Shown here piece by piece: positions 1-9,767 of a DNA stretch of 51,618 nucleotides. Source of the DNA: Candidatus Eiseniibacteriota bacterium (GTDB lineage: Bacteria; Eisenbacteria; RBG-16-71-46; CAZEPH01); assembly GCA_044229145.1 (NCBI GenBank), contig JBGATO010000025.1, forward strand, positions 1-51,618. The letters are read 5' to 3'. The position numbers were made by a program, and so were the translations under genes. Every line of letters starts with the position of its first letter. Position 1 is the stretch's first letter. Under the pieces are notes generated by a model. That model did no database searches. It saw nothing but the letters and a program-made list of their open reading frames with translations, and was not told the origin of the DNA.

Positions 1-1
1 G

Positions 2-544
2 CAAGTACCCGTACCCGTAATTTCCGGCACCGAGCAAGAACGGCTCGGTCCCGTAGTACACGCCGTCGTAGCCGAACGCCTGTTCGCCATCGAGCACGCC
101 GTCGACGAAGATGCGCATCATCGTGCCATCGAACGTGAAGGCGACGTGCGCGGTGGCGCCGACCGGCACCACGGCGGTGGATTGGAAGTCGACGTAGTCG
201 TTCGGCGGCGCGTGCACGAGCAGGAAGTAGAGGCGCTGCGAGCCGGCCGACCATCCCATGTGATAACTGAGCGGCGCGTAGCCGACGGCGCCTTCTTGCG
301 GCTTGGCGCACAGCGTGGCGCCGGCGAGGTCGCCGGTGTTGCCGTAGCCGGGGCCGAGCGGCGCGATGCGCATCTCGATGGTGAAGCGTTGCAGGTGAAG
401 CGCCGGCGCGTCGGCGACACGCACGAAGCCGTAATCGGCGGGCGACGTATTGGAGAGTTGCGCCGCTTGCGGATCGGCGGCGGCGGCACGCACAGGAGAC
501 AAGAACGCACAGCACAACGCACACACGGCGAGAGCACGCAACAT
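2..544 (-). CDS. Secreted LamG-like jellyroll (ConA-like) domain protein, runs off the left edge
   Basis: Not in the ORF track; translated by hand from ATG at 544 with a GGAGG RBS upstream. Signal peptide MLRALAVCALCCAFLSPVRAAA, then FTIEMRI...HVAFTFDGTMMRIFVDGVL, the LamG_3 pattern. Confidence 0.8.
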   Translation of the reverse strand, partial: MLRALAVCALCCAFLSPVRAAAADPQAAQLSNTSPADYGFVRVADAPALHLQRFTIEMRIAPLGPGYGNTGDLAGATLCAKPQEGAVGYAPLSYHMGWSAGSQRLYFLLVHAPPNDYVDFQSTAVVPVGATAHVAFTFDGTMMRIFVDGVLDGEQAFGYDGVYYGTEPFLLGAGNYGYGYL

Positions 545-759
545 GGCGAACCTCCGGAGCACTGGGGCTGGCCTGCGGAGGCGGCGGGCGACCTGGGGGA
601 CTTCGCGGGCCCGGCCGCAGGAGGTGGCCGTCCCATCATCCGGAACTTCGCGCGCGGCGACAATCGGCGGCGCATGGCAGCCGCATGGGCATGTGGTGGA
701 GCGCGCCCTGCGACGAAGGGCGGGAGGCGCGACGCCCTCGCGGCGCCGCGCCTCACACG

Positions 760-1911
760 TCAGAACCCGACGACCAGATTCCCCCGCACCGTCACCTGAT
801 GATCCGACGCGACACCCTGATCGTCGAACGCCTGCGCGTCCGACCAATCGCGGCGCACGTCGACGCGCACCACACACGAGGGCGACAGCCGGCACTCGGG
901 CGTCAGCGTGACCTCCTTCAGCGTCTGGTCCACGCCGGTGCGCGAGCCGAACACGTCGCGGAACACCTCGCCGCGCGCCGACACCGCGAGCCGCCCGCTG
1001 CCGGCCACCCGCGCGTACGCGGCCACACCGCGCCACACCGGCGACACCACAGGCCGCAACGACTCCCCCGTCGGCACGTCGTGATCGCGTCCCCAATCGG
1101 CGTTGGCGCCGAGCGTCACGCGCGCCGACGGCTTCCACTGCACGATGACATCCGCCAACGCGCGCATGGTGCCGTCGTCGTGATCCATCTCCGGCCCGAG
1201 CAACCCGCCGACGTAGATCGTCCAGCCGGCCGGCGTGAATCCGAACTGCGCGCCGACCGTCTTCGCCGCGTTGTTGTCGACGGCGTTGTCCCAGCCGTTC
1301 GCCACCAAGCCGGTGAGCGAGACAGCCGGCGAGAACGTCCACGCCGCCCGCACGCCGGTGTGCGTCGACGGCTCGGCGTAGGTGAACAGGAACGAGTGCG
1401 AGCTGGCGTCGTTCCAGCCGTCGTAGCCTTCGATCACCTCGTAGCCGACCGGCGTGATGAACTTGCCGGCGTCGACGTGCAGTTTGTCGTGCGCGCCGCT
1501 GAGCGACAGGTACGCCTGCTGCACGTCGAAGTTGCCGGCCACACCGGTGTCGACGTCGCGGAACAACCCGCGCGCCGCGGTCGCCGGCGGCAGCGTGGAG
1601 CCGGCGGTGAGATCGAGCCGGAATCCGGCGCCGTCGGCGCTCGAGGCCGGACGCGCCACCACCAACTCGGCGACGTCGAGCCCGAACGAGTTCGCGTGCA
1701 CGTCGTACGCGCGGAACGCGTTCACGCCGCTCGAGGGCCGCGCGAAGTTGTAGTCGGCGGCCACCGACGCGAAACCATGCACGGTCACCGCGTCGTACCA
1801 GTGCGGCGCGTCGGCGGCGCGCGCCGCAGACGCCGCGCCGCCGATCGCCAGCATCATCAGCGCGACGCCGCACCGGCGCCGCGTCCTGCCGTCCTTGGCG
1901 GGAATTCGCAT
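760..1911 (-). CDS. Outer-membrane beta-barrel porin (BBP2/DUF1597-like)
   Basis: C-terminal half of ORF 760..3087. ATG at 1911 is 2 nt after the amtB stop. Signal peptide, QQAYLS...VDAGKFITPVGYEVIE...SHSFLFTYAEP.THTGVR pattern and a C-terminal Phe. Confidence 0.8.
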   Translation of the reverse strand: MRIPAKDGRTRRRCGVALMMLAIGGAASAARAADAPHWYDAVTVHGFASVAADYNFARPSSGVNAFRAYDVHANSFGLDVAELVVARPASSADGAGFRLDLTAGSTLPPATAARGLFRDVDTGVAGNFDVQQAYLSLSGAHDKLHVDAGKFITPVGYEVIEGYDGWNDASSHSFLFTYAEPSTHTGVRAAWTFSPAVSLTGLVANGWDNAVDNNAAKTVGAQFGFTPAGWTIYVGGLLGPEMDHDDGTMRALADVIVQWKPSARVTLGANADWGRDHDVPTGESLRPVVSPVWRGVAAYARVAGSGRLAVSARGEVFRDVFGSRTGVDQTLKEVTLTPECRLSPSCVVRVDVRRDWSDAQAFDDQGVASDHQVTVRGNLVVGF

Positions 1912-1913
1912 GT

Positions 1914-3131
1914 CTAGATCGCCTCCACGTATGCAGTCTCGCCGTGCAGCCCTTCGTCGAGGCCGATGACCTCGAACTCGGGCTTCACGCGCACGGTGGT
2001 CACCTTGTCGATGAGCCACAACATGCCGAGAGTAAACCCGAAGGCCCACACGCTCGACAAGCCCACGGCGGCGAGTTGCTTGAGGAAGAACGACGGGTTG
2101 CCGGCCAGCAAGCCGTCGACGCCGGCGGGGTTCCAAGCCTTCTGCGCGAACACGCCGAGCAACACGATGCCGAGCGCGCCGCCCACGCCGTGCACGCCCC
2201 ACACGTCGAGCGCGTCGTCCCAGTGCAGCTTGTTCTTGAGCGCAACGGCGAAGTAGCACACCACGCCGGCGATGATCCCGATCAGCGCGGCGGTACCCAT
2301 CGACACATAGCCGGCCGCGGGCGTGATGGTGGCGAGTCCGGCCACCGCGCCGGTGAGCAACCCAACGAACTTCGGCTTCTTCGCGCCCATCCACTCGACG
2401 ACGAGCCACGCCACGGCGGCGAACGACGCGGCGATGTCGGTGTTGAGGAACGCGCTCGCGGTCACCGAGTCCACGCGGAACTCGCTGCCGGCGTTGAAGC
2501 CGTACCAGCCGAACCACAGCAGACCGGTGCCCAGCGCGACGAGCGGAATCGAGTGCGGGCCCTTGTCGGCCACCGCGCGCTTGCCGACGAAGAGCACGGA
2601 CGCGAGCGCGGCCATCCCGGCGATGTTGTGCACAACGATGCCGCCGGCGAAGTCGAGCACGCCCCACTGCTGCAGGATGCCGCCGCCCCAGATCATGTGG
2701 ACGAACGGGAAGTACACGCACACCAGCCACGCGGTGAGGAACAGCATGTATGACGTGAACGTCACGCGGTTGGCGAACGCGCCGGTGATGAGCGCCGGCG
2801 TGATGATCGCGAACATCATCTGATACGCGACGAACACCATGAGCGGAATCGTGTCGTTGGGCGACGGCGTGTCGAGCGTGATGCCGCGCAGGAATGCCTG
2901 ATCGAAATTGCCGATGACCGGCCCGTGGCCGGAGAAGCACAGCGAGTAGCCGAAGGCGAACCACAAAACCGTCGTCCAACCCATCGACACATACGACTGG
3001 ATCATGATCCCGAGGACGTTCTTGCGGCCGACCAAGCCGCCGTAGAAGAACGCGAGTCCGGGGGTCATCAACATGACGAGGGAACAACAGAGCAGCATGA
3101 ATCCGGTATTGCCGGTATCGAGATGCAACAT
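1914..3131 (-). CDS. amtB: Ammonium transporter
   Basis: MTPGLAFFYGG, YQMMFAIIT, DFAGGIVVH, LWFGWYGFN, GLATITPAAG, DDALDVWGVHG; both pore histidines present. Confidence 0.97.
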   Translation of the reverse strand: MLHLDTGNTGFMLLCCSLVMLMTPGLAFFYGGLVGRKNVLGIMIQSYVSMGWTTVLWFAFGYSLCFSGHGPVIGNFDQAFLRGITLDTPSPNDTIPLMVFVAYQMMFAIITPALITGAFANRVTFTSYMLFLTAWLVCVYFPFVHMIWGGGILQQWGVLDFAGGIVVHNIAGMAALASVLFVGKRAVADKGPHSIPLVALGTGLLWFGWYGFNAGSEFRVDSVTASAFLNTDIAASFAAVAWLVVEWMGAKKPKFVGLLTGAVAGLATITPAAGYVSMGTAALIGIIAGVVCYFAVALKNKLHWDDALDVWGVHGVGGALGIVLLGVFAQKAWNPAGVDGLLAGNPSFFLKQLAAVGLSSVWAFGFTLGMLWLIDKVTTVRVKPEFEVIGLDEGLHGETAYVEAI

Positions 3132-3263
3132 GGTCGACCTCTCAAAGGGGGGGCCAGCGTCTTCGCCCCGTCCGCAGTGGGGGCGAATGTGGTGACGCTA
3201 GACCTCGGCGCGCCGCGGCGCCAGTGCGCCGACGGGCGCGGCGCGCATACGACGGGAGGCGCC

Positions 3264-3761
3264 CTAGGGGATCAACCGGAGTTGCGGCGTGCCAGGCGGC
3301 GGAGTCGGCTTGGGCGGCCGTGGGGGCCGCGCGACGTGGCGCGTGACGAAATCCACCGGCGTCAACGCGATGACGCCGAAGCCGCCTTCATCGGCCAGCA
3401 GGTGCCGGTCCACGCACACCACCGGCGCGCCGGCGGCCCGCGCGCAGGTGGCGATGTCGCTGTCCTCGGGATGGGTGTCGAACGCCGGCGCGCGGTGATC
3501 GCCGGCGGGCGCGCACCACTCGACGGTGGCGCCGTCGCGTCCGGCCTCGACGTCGCACAGGAAGCGATCGAGTTCGTCGGGCCACATGTCGAAGGTCGTG
3601 GCGAGATCGCGGTAGTGCGTCATCACTGCGTCGCTCACGCACAACACGACGTCGCCGCGCCGCCACGCCTCGAGCACCTTCGCGGCGCGCACGCCGAAGA
3701 ACGCGGTGACCACGGCGCTCGGGTGCAACACGCAGCGGGCCGGCGGCCGGCGGGCACTCAT
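3264..3761 (-). CDS. PIN-domain protein (PIN_3-like) with a degenerate active site
   Basis: C-terminal part of ORF 3264..5759 from ATG 3761: RCVLHPSAVV...HPEDSDIATCA...VCVDRHLL...LTPVDFV matches the PIN layout. Confidence 0.65.
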   Translation of the reverse strand: MSARRPPARCVLHPSAVVTAFFGVRAAKVLEAWRRGDVVLCVSDAVMTHYRDLATTFDMWPDELDRFLCDVEAGRDGATVEWCAPAGDHRAPAFDTHPEDSDIATCARAAGAPVVCVDRHLLADEGGFGVIALTPVDFVTRHVARPPRPPKPTPPPGTPQLRLIP

Positions 3762-3766
3762 CGCGG

Positions 3767-5755
3767 CTACTTCCCTGCCGTGGCCTTCACGACGCGCACC
3801 TGGGACGTCTCGAACACGCCGATCGCGTACCACAGCAGGCGCAGCTCGGGATAGAGCTCCGGCGGGACACGCGCCATGTTGATGGTGAGCTTCTCGGTCA
3901 GCGTCGCGACCTCGCCCTTGAGCGTCCAGTCGGCGCTGAACGAGCCGACGCGGTTCGACACCGCGGGCGGACGCTGCACGCCGATGCGATACCCGGCGGG
4001 AATGCGAATCGTGTAGTGCTTGGCGATGGTGAACGCGGGCGCCAGGAAACTGAGGTCGAATTCCTTCTCGCGCGATTCGCTGTTCACCATTTGCGACAAG
4101 CCGGTCACCGGCCACGCGGTGTAGCCGGAGGGCAGCTGGCCCATCAGCGTGTCGCTCTGCGAGGCACCCCAGCGATCGATCTGAATGGTGAAGCCGGCGT
4201 GGAACGGCACGTTGAGGTCCGCCGGATTGCTGACGTCGAAGCTCTCGAACGCCGCGTTTGGCGCGATGAACGTCGAGCGCTTCGAGAAGAACTCGCGGCG
4301 CCCGGTCCTCCCCACCGACTTGATCATGATGCGCTCCTGCATTTCGAGCAGGCCGGAGGGCACCGTCTTCATGGTGCCGCGCATGTTGCCCTTCTCGTCG
4401 ATCGTGAGGTCGGCGTACACGGTTTCGGTGTGCTCGGCGGCACCGGTGAGCGGCACGGTGACGAAGCGCTGGCGCGTGGCGCCGAGCATGAACGCGACGC
4501 GGCCTTGCGCCGACCCGCTCACCACGCCGAAGGGCGCGGTCTCGGTGGCGCTGTCGAGCCAAATCTCCTTGCCGGCCGCGGTCTTGGTGACCACGAAGAC
4601 GTGATTGAACTGGGTCACCGACACGCCGCTGGTGTCCGCCGTCGCGAGCAGGTTGACCCACGCGTAGCGCACCGGGAATCCGCCGGCCCGCAGCATCGCC
4701 CCGAGGATGCACGCGTGATCCTTGCCGTCGGCGTACTTGTTCTCCCAGATGGTGGCGGCGTCTTCGGGCACCACACCGGTGACCTGGAAGTTGAACACCT
4801 GCCGCGAGGCGAAGGTGATGGTGGTGGCGACCATGTTGTAGAGCACCTTCATCGCCGCTTCGCCGGTCTTGGCGCCGACGGTGGTCTTGGCGAGCGCGAC
4901 GAGTGCCGGCGTCGGCGTGGACTTGGCGTCGTACTCGCGCCCGAGCCGTTCGCCGAGGGCATCCCACGACGCCATCGACGACAACAACACGCTGTTGCCG
5001 TTGTCGAACACGGGCACGGTGGAGTATTCGCCGGCCTTGGCGTTGATCTTCTCCATCGTCCAGCTGTAGGTTCGTTCGCCGCCGCGTGACTCGATGGCGG
5101 GTTCCCAGCCTTCGCGCACGCCGGCCAGCGAGAGGTGCACCGTGTCGGGCACGGTGACGGTGCGTTCGAGATGGATGATCGGGTCTTCGTCCTTGAGCGG
5201 CACGCGCACCTCGAACGTGCCGGGGACCAGCGGCGCCTGGCGCTGGATCACGTACTGATATTCGAGCACGGTGCCGGGCACCGGGTCGGGCAGCACGTAC
5301 GCGTACTGGCGGAGGTTGTGATAGAAGGGAAACTTCTGCGCGGATTGGACCAGCGTGTCCTTGAGCGCGGAGGCGCCGTAGCTGACGTACTTGCCGTCGG
5401 GCTGGCGGATGCCGGCGAACTCCATCTTCACCTGGTCGATGAGCGCGTTGTACTGGAAGTAGACCATGCGGTACTTCACGCGGCCGTAGGGCGTCTGGAC
5501 GCGCACGGCCTTGTGCACGCGGATGGTCTGCGAGCCGTCGGGCCACAGCCGGACGGTTTCTTCGTCGAGCAGGATCACCGCGTGCTTGTTCGACGACATG
5601 CTGGTGTCGGCGTCGGCGACGTCGTTGTACTGCAACGCGCGCGGCGACAAGCCGGCCACCGGTGTCTCGCGCGCCAGGGCCGGCGCCCGCATGCCCGCGC
5701 CGGCGCCGAGCGCCAGGGCGACGAGCCCACCCACGACCATTCGCGACAGGGTCAC
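3767..5755 (-). CDS. Secreted DUF3857 + transglutaminase-like (+DUF3858-like) protein
   Basis: Signal peptide; AVILLDE...PGTVLEYQY (DUF3857-like); ADGKDHA..L.AMLRA.G, FNHVFV and WLDSA (transglutaminase-like core). Confidence 0.85.
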   Translation of the reverse strand: MTLSRMVVGGLVALALGAGAGMRAPALARETPVAGLSPRALQYNDVADADTSMSSNKHAVILLDEETVRLWPDGSQTIRVHKAVRVQTPYGRVKYRMVYFQYNALIDQVKMEFAGIRQPDGKYVSYGASALKDTLVQSAQKFPFYHNLRQYAYVLPDPVPGTVLEYQYVIQRQAPLVPGTFEVRVPLKDEDPIIHLERTVTVPDTVHLSLAGVREGWEPAIESRGGERTYSWTMEKINAKAGEYSTVPVFDNGNSVLLSSMASWDALGERLGREYDAKSTPTPALVALAKTTVGAKTGEAAMKVLYNMVATTITFASRQVFNFQVTGVVPEDAATIWENKYADGKDHACILGAMLRAGGFPVRYAWVNLLATADTSGVSVTQFNHVFVVTKTAAGKEIWLDSATETAPFGVVSGSAQGRVAFMLGATRQRFVTVPLTGAAEHTETVYADLTIDEKGNMRGTMKTVPSGLLEMQERIMIKSVGRTGRREFFSKRSTFIAPNAAFESFDVSNPADLNVPFHAGFTIQIDRWGASQSDTLMGQLPSGYTAWPVTGLSQMVNSESREKEFDLSFLAPAFTIAKHYTIRIPAGYRIGVQRPPAVSNRVGSFSADWTLKGEVATLTEKLTINMARVPPELYPELRLLWYAIGVFETSQVRVVKATAGK

Positions 5756-5834
5756 GCACTCTCCTTCTTCGTCGATGTCCGAGGACGCGGCCCGCGCCGC
5801 GAACCGCCGATGCTAACGGAGCCCGCGTCCGCGC

Positions 5835-7175
5835 TCAACTGTCGCGCGGCGTCTCGCGTGGCGGGTCCGTGCCGAGTTCGGCCGACTTGCGCGACGCCCA
5901 CCACTCCATCCGCTTGGCGACCTCCTTCTCGAAGCCGAAGCGGCCGGGCGCGTAGAAGGCGCGGCCGCGCAGCTCGTCGGGGAGATATTCCTGCGGTGTG
6001 TAGTGATCCGGGCTGTCGTGCGCGTACTTGTAGCCGGAGCCGTAGCCGAGTTGCTCGTGCAGCCGGGTCACCGGGTTGCGCAGGTGCAGCGGCACCGGCG
6101 CGGCCGGCGTGGCGCGCGCCGCCTCGAGGGCGGCGCCGAGCGCTGCTTTGACGCCGCCGGACTTGGGCGCGGTAGCCAGATAGATCGTCATTTCGGTGAG
6201 CGGCAACAGGCCTTCCGGCTGTCCGAGCATATGGAAGGCGTCGCGGGTGGCCACCGCGATCTGCAGCGCCTGCGGGTCGGCCAGGCCGATGTCCTCGGCG
6301 GCCATGGCGATGGCGCGGCGGATGAGCGTCATCGGGTCCTCGCCGGCTTCCACCATGCGCGCCATCCAGTAGAGCGCGCCCTGCGGATCGCTGCCGCGCA
6401 GGGACTTGTGATAGGCGGAGAGCAGGTTGAAGTGCTCCTCGCCGGCGCGATCGTAGCGCGGGACGCGCAGTTGCAGCGCCTCGCGCGCGGTCTCGCCGGT
6501 GAGCGCGCCGCCCTTGCCGACGTGGACGGCGGCGGCCTCGAGCGCGGTGAGGGCGCGGCGGGCGTCGCCGTCGGCGGCGTCGGCGAGCAGGGAGACGGCA
6601 TCGTCGTCGACGGCCAATTCCCACGCGCCGAGCCCGCGGTCGCGGTCGGCGAGCGCGGCGCGCAGCACGCCGGCGATGTCCTCGCGCGCCAGCGGCTGCA
6701 GCACGAAGACGCGGGTGCGGGACAGGAGCGCCCCATTGATCTCGAAACTCGGCGCCTCCGTCGTCGCGCCGATCAACGTCACCGTCCCCTGTTCGACCAG
6801 CGGCAACAGCGAATCCTGCTGGCCCTTGTTGAGGCGATGGATTTCGTCGACGAACATGACGGTCTGGGTGCCGAGCTTGAGCCGCGTCTCGGCCTCGGCG
6901 GCGATGGCGCGGATGCGTGGCACGCCCTCGCTCACCGCACTGAACGGCACGAAGGCGCGCTGCGTGGCGCGGGCGAGCAGGAACGCGAGCGTCGTCTTGC
7001 CGCAGCCCGGCGGCCCCCACAGGATCAGCGAGCCGAGACGCCCCGTCTCGAGCGCGACGCGCAGCGGTTTGCCGGCGCCGAGCACGTGCTGCTGTCCGGC
7101 GAACTCGTCGATGGTGCGCGGCCGCATCCGCGCGGCCAGCGGCTGCACGACATCGCCGGCGGCAAACAGGCTCAT
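5835..7175 (-). CDS. rarA: Replication-associated recombination protein A (MgsA/RarA AAA+ ATPase)
   Basis: PLAARMRP, WGPPGCGKTT, FVDEIHRLNKGQQD, GATTE.PSFE, HKSLRGSD, EDIGLADP, VPLHLRN, GYKYAHD. Confidence 0.96.
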   Translation of the reverse strand: MSLFAAGDVVQPLAARMRPRTIDEFAGQQHVLGAGKPLRVALETGRLGSLILWGPPGCGKTTLAFLLARATQRAFVPFSAVSEGVPRIRAIAAEAETRLKLGTQTVMFVDEIHRLNKGQQDSLLPLVEQGTVTLIGATTEAPSFEINGALLSRTRVFVLQPLAREDIAGVLRAALADRDRGLGAWELAVDDDAVSLLADAADGDARRALTALEAAAVHVGKGGALTGETAREALQLRVPRYDRAGEEHFNLLSAYHKSLRGSDPQGALYWMARMVEAGEDPMTLIRRAIAMAAEDIGLADPQALQIAVATRDAFHMLGQPEGLLPLTEMTIYLATAPKSGGVKAALGAALEAARATPAAPVPLHLRNPVTRLHEQLGYGSGYKYAHDSPDHYTPQEYLPDELRGRAFYAPGRFGFEKEVAKRMEWWASRKSAELGTDPPRETPRDS

Positions 7176-7591
7176 CGCGCGTCACCCGCAGCGGCGACGC
7201 CACCGAGCACTTGCAGCCACACCTGGCGCCGCCGCGGGCCGTCGAAGTCGCAGAAGAAGATGCCTTGCCAGCGGCCGAGCGCCACGCGGCCCTCGTGCAC
7301 GAGCAGCGTCGTCGTGCAGCCGGTCATCGCCGACTTGATGTGCGCGTCGGCGTTGCCCTCGGCGTGCCGGAAGCGCGGGCTCTGCGGCACCAGCTCGGCG
7401 AAGTGCGCGAGCAGATCGCGCATGACATCGGGATCGTCGTGTTCGTTGACGAGGATGCCGGCGGTGGTGTGCGGCACGTGCAGCGTGCACAGGCCGTCGC
7501 GCGCGCCGGTGGCGGCCACCGCGGCTTGCACCTCGCGCGTGATGTCGACGGCTTGCACGCGCTCGCGCGTGACGACCTCGAGAACGGTCAC
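7172..7591 (-). CDS. yjbQ: YjbQ/UPF0047 family protein
   Basis: GTG start overlaps the EamA stop; HTTAGILVNE..DPDV..D, HAEGNADAHIKS, LGRWQGIFFCDFDGPR. Confidence 0.93.
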   Translation of the reverse strand: MTVLEVVTRERVQAVDITREVQAAVAATGARDGLCTLHVPHTTAGILVNEHDDPDVMRDLLAHFAELVPQSPRFRHAEGNADAHIKSAMTGCTTTLLVHEGRVALGRWQGIFFCDFDGPRRRQVWLQVLGGVAAAGDAR

Positions 7592-8481
7592 GATGTCGAT
7601 CCTCCTTCCCGCGCCGCGTCGAACACCACGAGCGCGACGCCGCACAGCGCCACCGCGCCCACCGCGAGCGCAAGCACCGGCGGCCGTTCCCCGAGCACCA
7701 GCGCGGCGAGCAGCATCGCCCCGAGCGGTTCGCCGAGCGGAATCGCCGCGACGCTCGCGGTGGGCAGCGTGCCGAGCGCCCAGTTGAGCGAGGTGTGGCC
7801 GATGGCCTGCGGCACCACCGCCAGCGCCACCAGCACGGCGGCGGCATGCGGCGTAGTCACCGCGAGCGGCACCCGCGCGGCGAGCACCCACGCGCCGGCC
7901 GCCAGCGCCGCGGCGCCGTAGACGGCGGCGGTGAACGGCGCCAGCGGCGCGTGCGCCCGCAATCGCCGCGCGACGAGATAGTAGAGCGCGATCGCGGTGC
8001 CGCCGCCAATGGCCAGCAGGTCGCCCGTCCAGCCGTGCGGTCCGCGGCCGCGGGCGTCGAGCACCGCCAGCGCCGACGCGCCGACGAACCCGAGCGCAAT
8101 GCCGATCGCCGCGCGCCGCTGCGGCACCCGCCGCGTCAGCCACCAGTCGAACAGCGCCGTTTGCACCGGCGCGGTGTTCACCAGCACCACGCTCACCGCA
8201 ACGCTGGTGCGATGCAACGAGGCGAACCACAGGCCGAAGTGGGCCGCCAGCAGCGCACCGGCCGCCGCCACCACCAGGACGTGCGGCCACAGGCCGCTCG
8301 CCGATTCGCGCCGCAGCGCGGCGATCGCGGCCATGAGCGCTGCGGACAACGCGAGCCGCCAGAACGCCGCGGCCTCCGGCGGCACCTCGGGCGCCAGCCG
8401 CACCAGCACCGAGGCGCCGGACACGGCCAACAACCCCGCGCCCAGCACCCACGGCGCCGCGCGCCGCGCCTCCGCACTCAC
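7588..8481 (-). CDS. DMT/EamA family transporter
   Basis: About 10 TM segments; AFWRL, LAAHFGLWFASL..TSVA.SVVLVNT.P, GDLLA, IGHTSLNWAL, EPLGA. GTG start overlaps the lysA stop. Confidence 0.9.
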   Translation of the reverse strand: MSAEARRAAPWVLGAGLLAVSGASVLVRLAPEVPPEAAAFWRLALSAALMAAIAALRRESASGLWPHVLVVAAAGALLAAHFGLWFASLHRTSVAVSVVLVNTAPVQTALFDWWLTRRVPQRRAAIGIALGFVGASALAVLDARGRGPHGWTGDLLAIGGGTAIALYYLVARRLRAHAPLAPFTAAVYGAAALAAGAWVLAARVPLAVTTPHAAAVLVALAVVPQAIGHTSLNWALGTLPTASVAAIPLGEPLGAMLLAALVLGERPPVLALAVGAVALCGVALVVFDAAREGGSTS

Positions 8482-9767
8482 CCGCGCGCGTCCGCCCGCA
8501 CGAACCCCGGCACCCGTTCGCCCGCGGTCAGCGCCTGGACGCGCTCGCGCGGACGCACCACCGCCCATTCGCCGCCCGACACCAGCACCTCGGGCGGCCG
8601 CGGCCGCGAGTTGTACGTCGATGCCTGCGTGAAGCCGTAGGCGCCCGCCGTCATGATGGCGAAGAGATCGCCCGGCTCGGCCGGCGGCAGCGCGCGCGCG
8701 GCGCCGATGACGTCGGCGCTCTCGCACACCGGCCCGACGACGTCCACGGTGCGCGGCGCGCCCGGCCGCGGCGCCACCGGCTGGATGTGGTGATAGGCAT
8801 CGTAGAGCGCCGGACGGATCAACTCGGTCATCCCGCCGTCGAGCACGTAGTGGCGCGGGTCGGCGGCCGGCTTGCGGTAGAGCAGCCGGGCCACCAGCGC
8901 GCCCGCCTCGGCCACCAGAGCCCGGCCGGGCTCGAGCACCAGCCGGCAGCCAGCCGAGGCGAACGCGCGCGCCAGCGAGGCGCCGAAGTCGGCCAGCGGC
9001 GGCACCTCCTCATCGCCGTAGCGCACGCCGAGGCCGCCGCCGACGTCGAGGAACTCCGGCGCCAGCCCGCGCTCGCCCGCTGCCGCGAGGAACGGCAACA
9101 CCCGCGCCGCCAACTCGGCATGGAGGTCCAGCCGGGTCAGCTGCGAGCCGATATGGACGTGGAACCCGGCCAGCCGGAGCGCCGGCTCGCGCGCGACGGT
9201 CTCGAGCGCGGCCGCCACCTCGTCGGGCTGGAGGCCGAACTTGCTCCCCGCGACGCCGGTCGTCAGATGGCGATGCGTGTGGGCGAACAGGTCGGGGTTC
9301 AGCCGCAGCGCCACCGGCGCCACCGCGCCGCGCCCACGGGCCACCGCCGCCAGCGCGTGGAGCTCCTCCACCGACTCGACGGTGACCGCCAGGACGCCGG
9401 CGGCCAGCGCCGCCTCGTGTTCCTCGGCCGTCTTGCCGACGCCGGCGAACACGATGCGCTCCGCCGGCACCCCGGCGGCCAGGGCGCGGACCAGCTCACC
9501 GCCGGAGACGATGTCGGCGCCGGCGCCCTCGGCGGCCAGCGCCGTCAGGATCGCCCGGCAGGCGTTCGCCTTCACCGAGTAGCAGATCAGCGTCCCGGGC
9601 CGCGCCAGGGACGCCTCCAGGACGCGGTAGCGCGACAGAACTGCTTGGAGGCTATAGACATAGAAGGGCGTACCGACCTCGGCCGCGATGCGCGGCAAGG
9701 GCACGTCCTCGCAATGGAGCACCCCGCCCTGCGGGGTGAACGGGTCCAATGGTCGCGCTCCGGTCAT
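8478..9767 (-). CDS. lysA: Diaminopimelate decarboxylase
   Basis: GTPFYVYS, YSVKAN (PLP lysine), DIVSGGEL, SKFG, HVHIGSQ, DVGGGLG, EPGR, LIRPALYDAYH, VGPVCESAD, GAYG..YNSRPRP. Confidence 0.97.
   Translation of the reverse strand: MTGARPLDPFTPQGGVLHCEDVPLPRIAAEVGTPFYVYSLQAVLSRYRVLEASLARPGTLICYSVKANACRAILTALAAEGAGADIVSGGELVRALAAGVPAERIVFAGVGKTAEEHEAALAAGVLAVTVESVEELHALAAVARGRGAVAPVALRLNPDLFAHTHRHLTTGVAGSKFGLQPDEVAAALETVAREPALRLAGFHVHIGSQLTRLDLHAELAARVLPFLAAAGERGLAPEFLDVGGGLGVRYGDEEVPPLADFGASLARAFASAGCRLVLEPGRALVAEAGALVARLLYRKPAADPRHYVLDGGMTELIRPALYDAYHHIQPVAPRPGAPRTVDVVGPVCESADVIGAARALPPAEPGDLFAIMTAGAYGFTQASTYNSRPRPPEVLVSGGEWAVVRPRERVQALTAGERVPGFVRADARG

Noticed and set aside
118..911. ORF-track entries 118..756, 146..799 and 450..911
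   Set aside because: Low-complexity frames overlapping the real LamG gene, which the track missed because it runs off the window edge.
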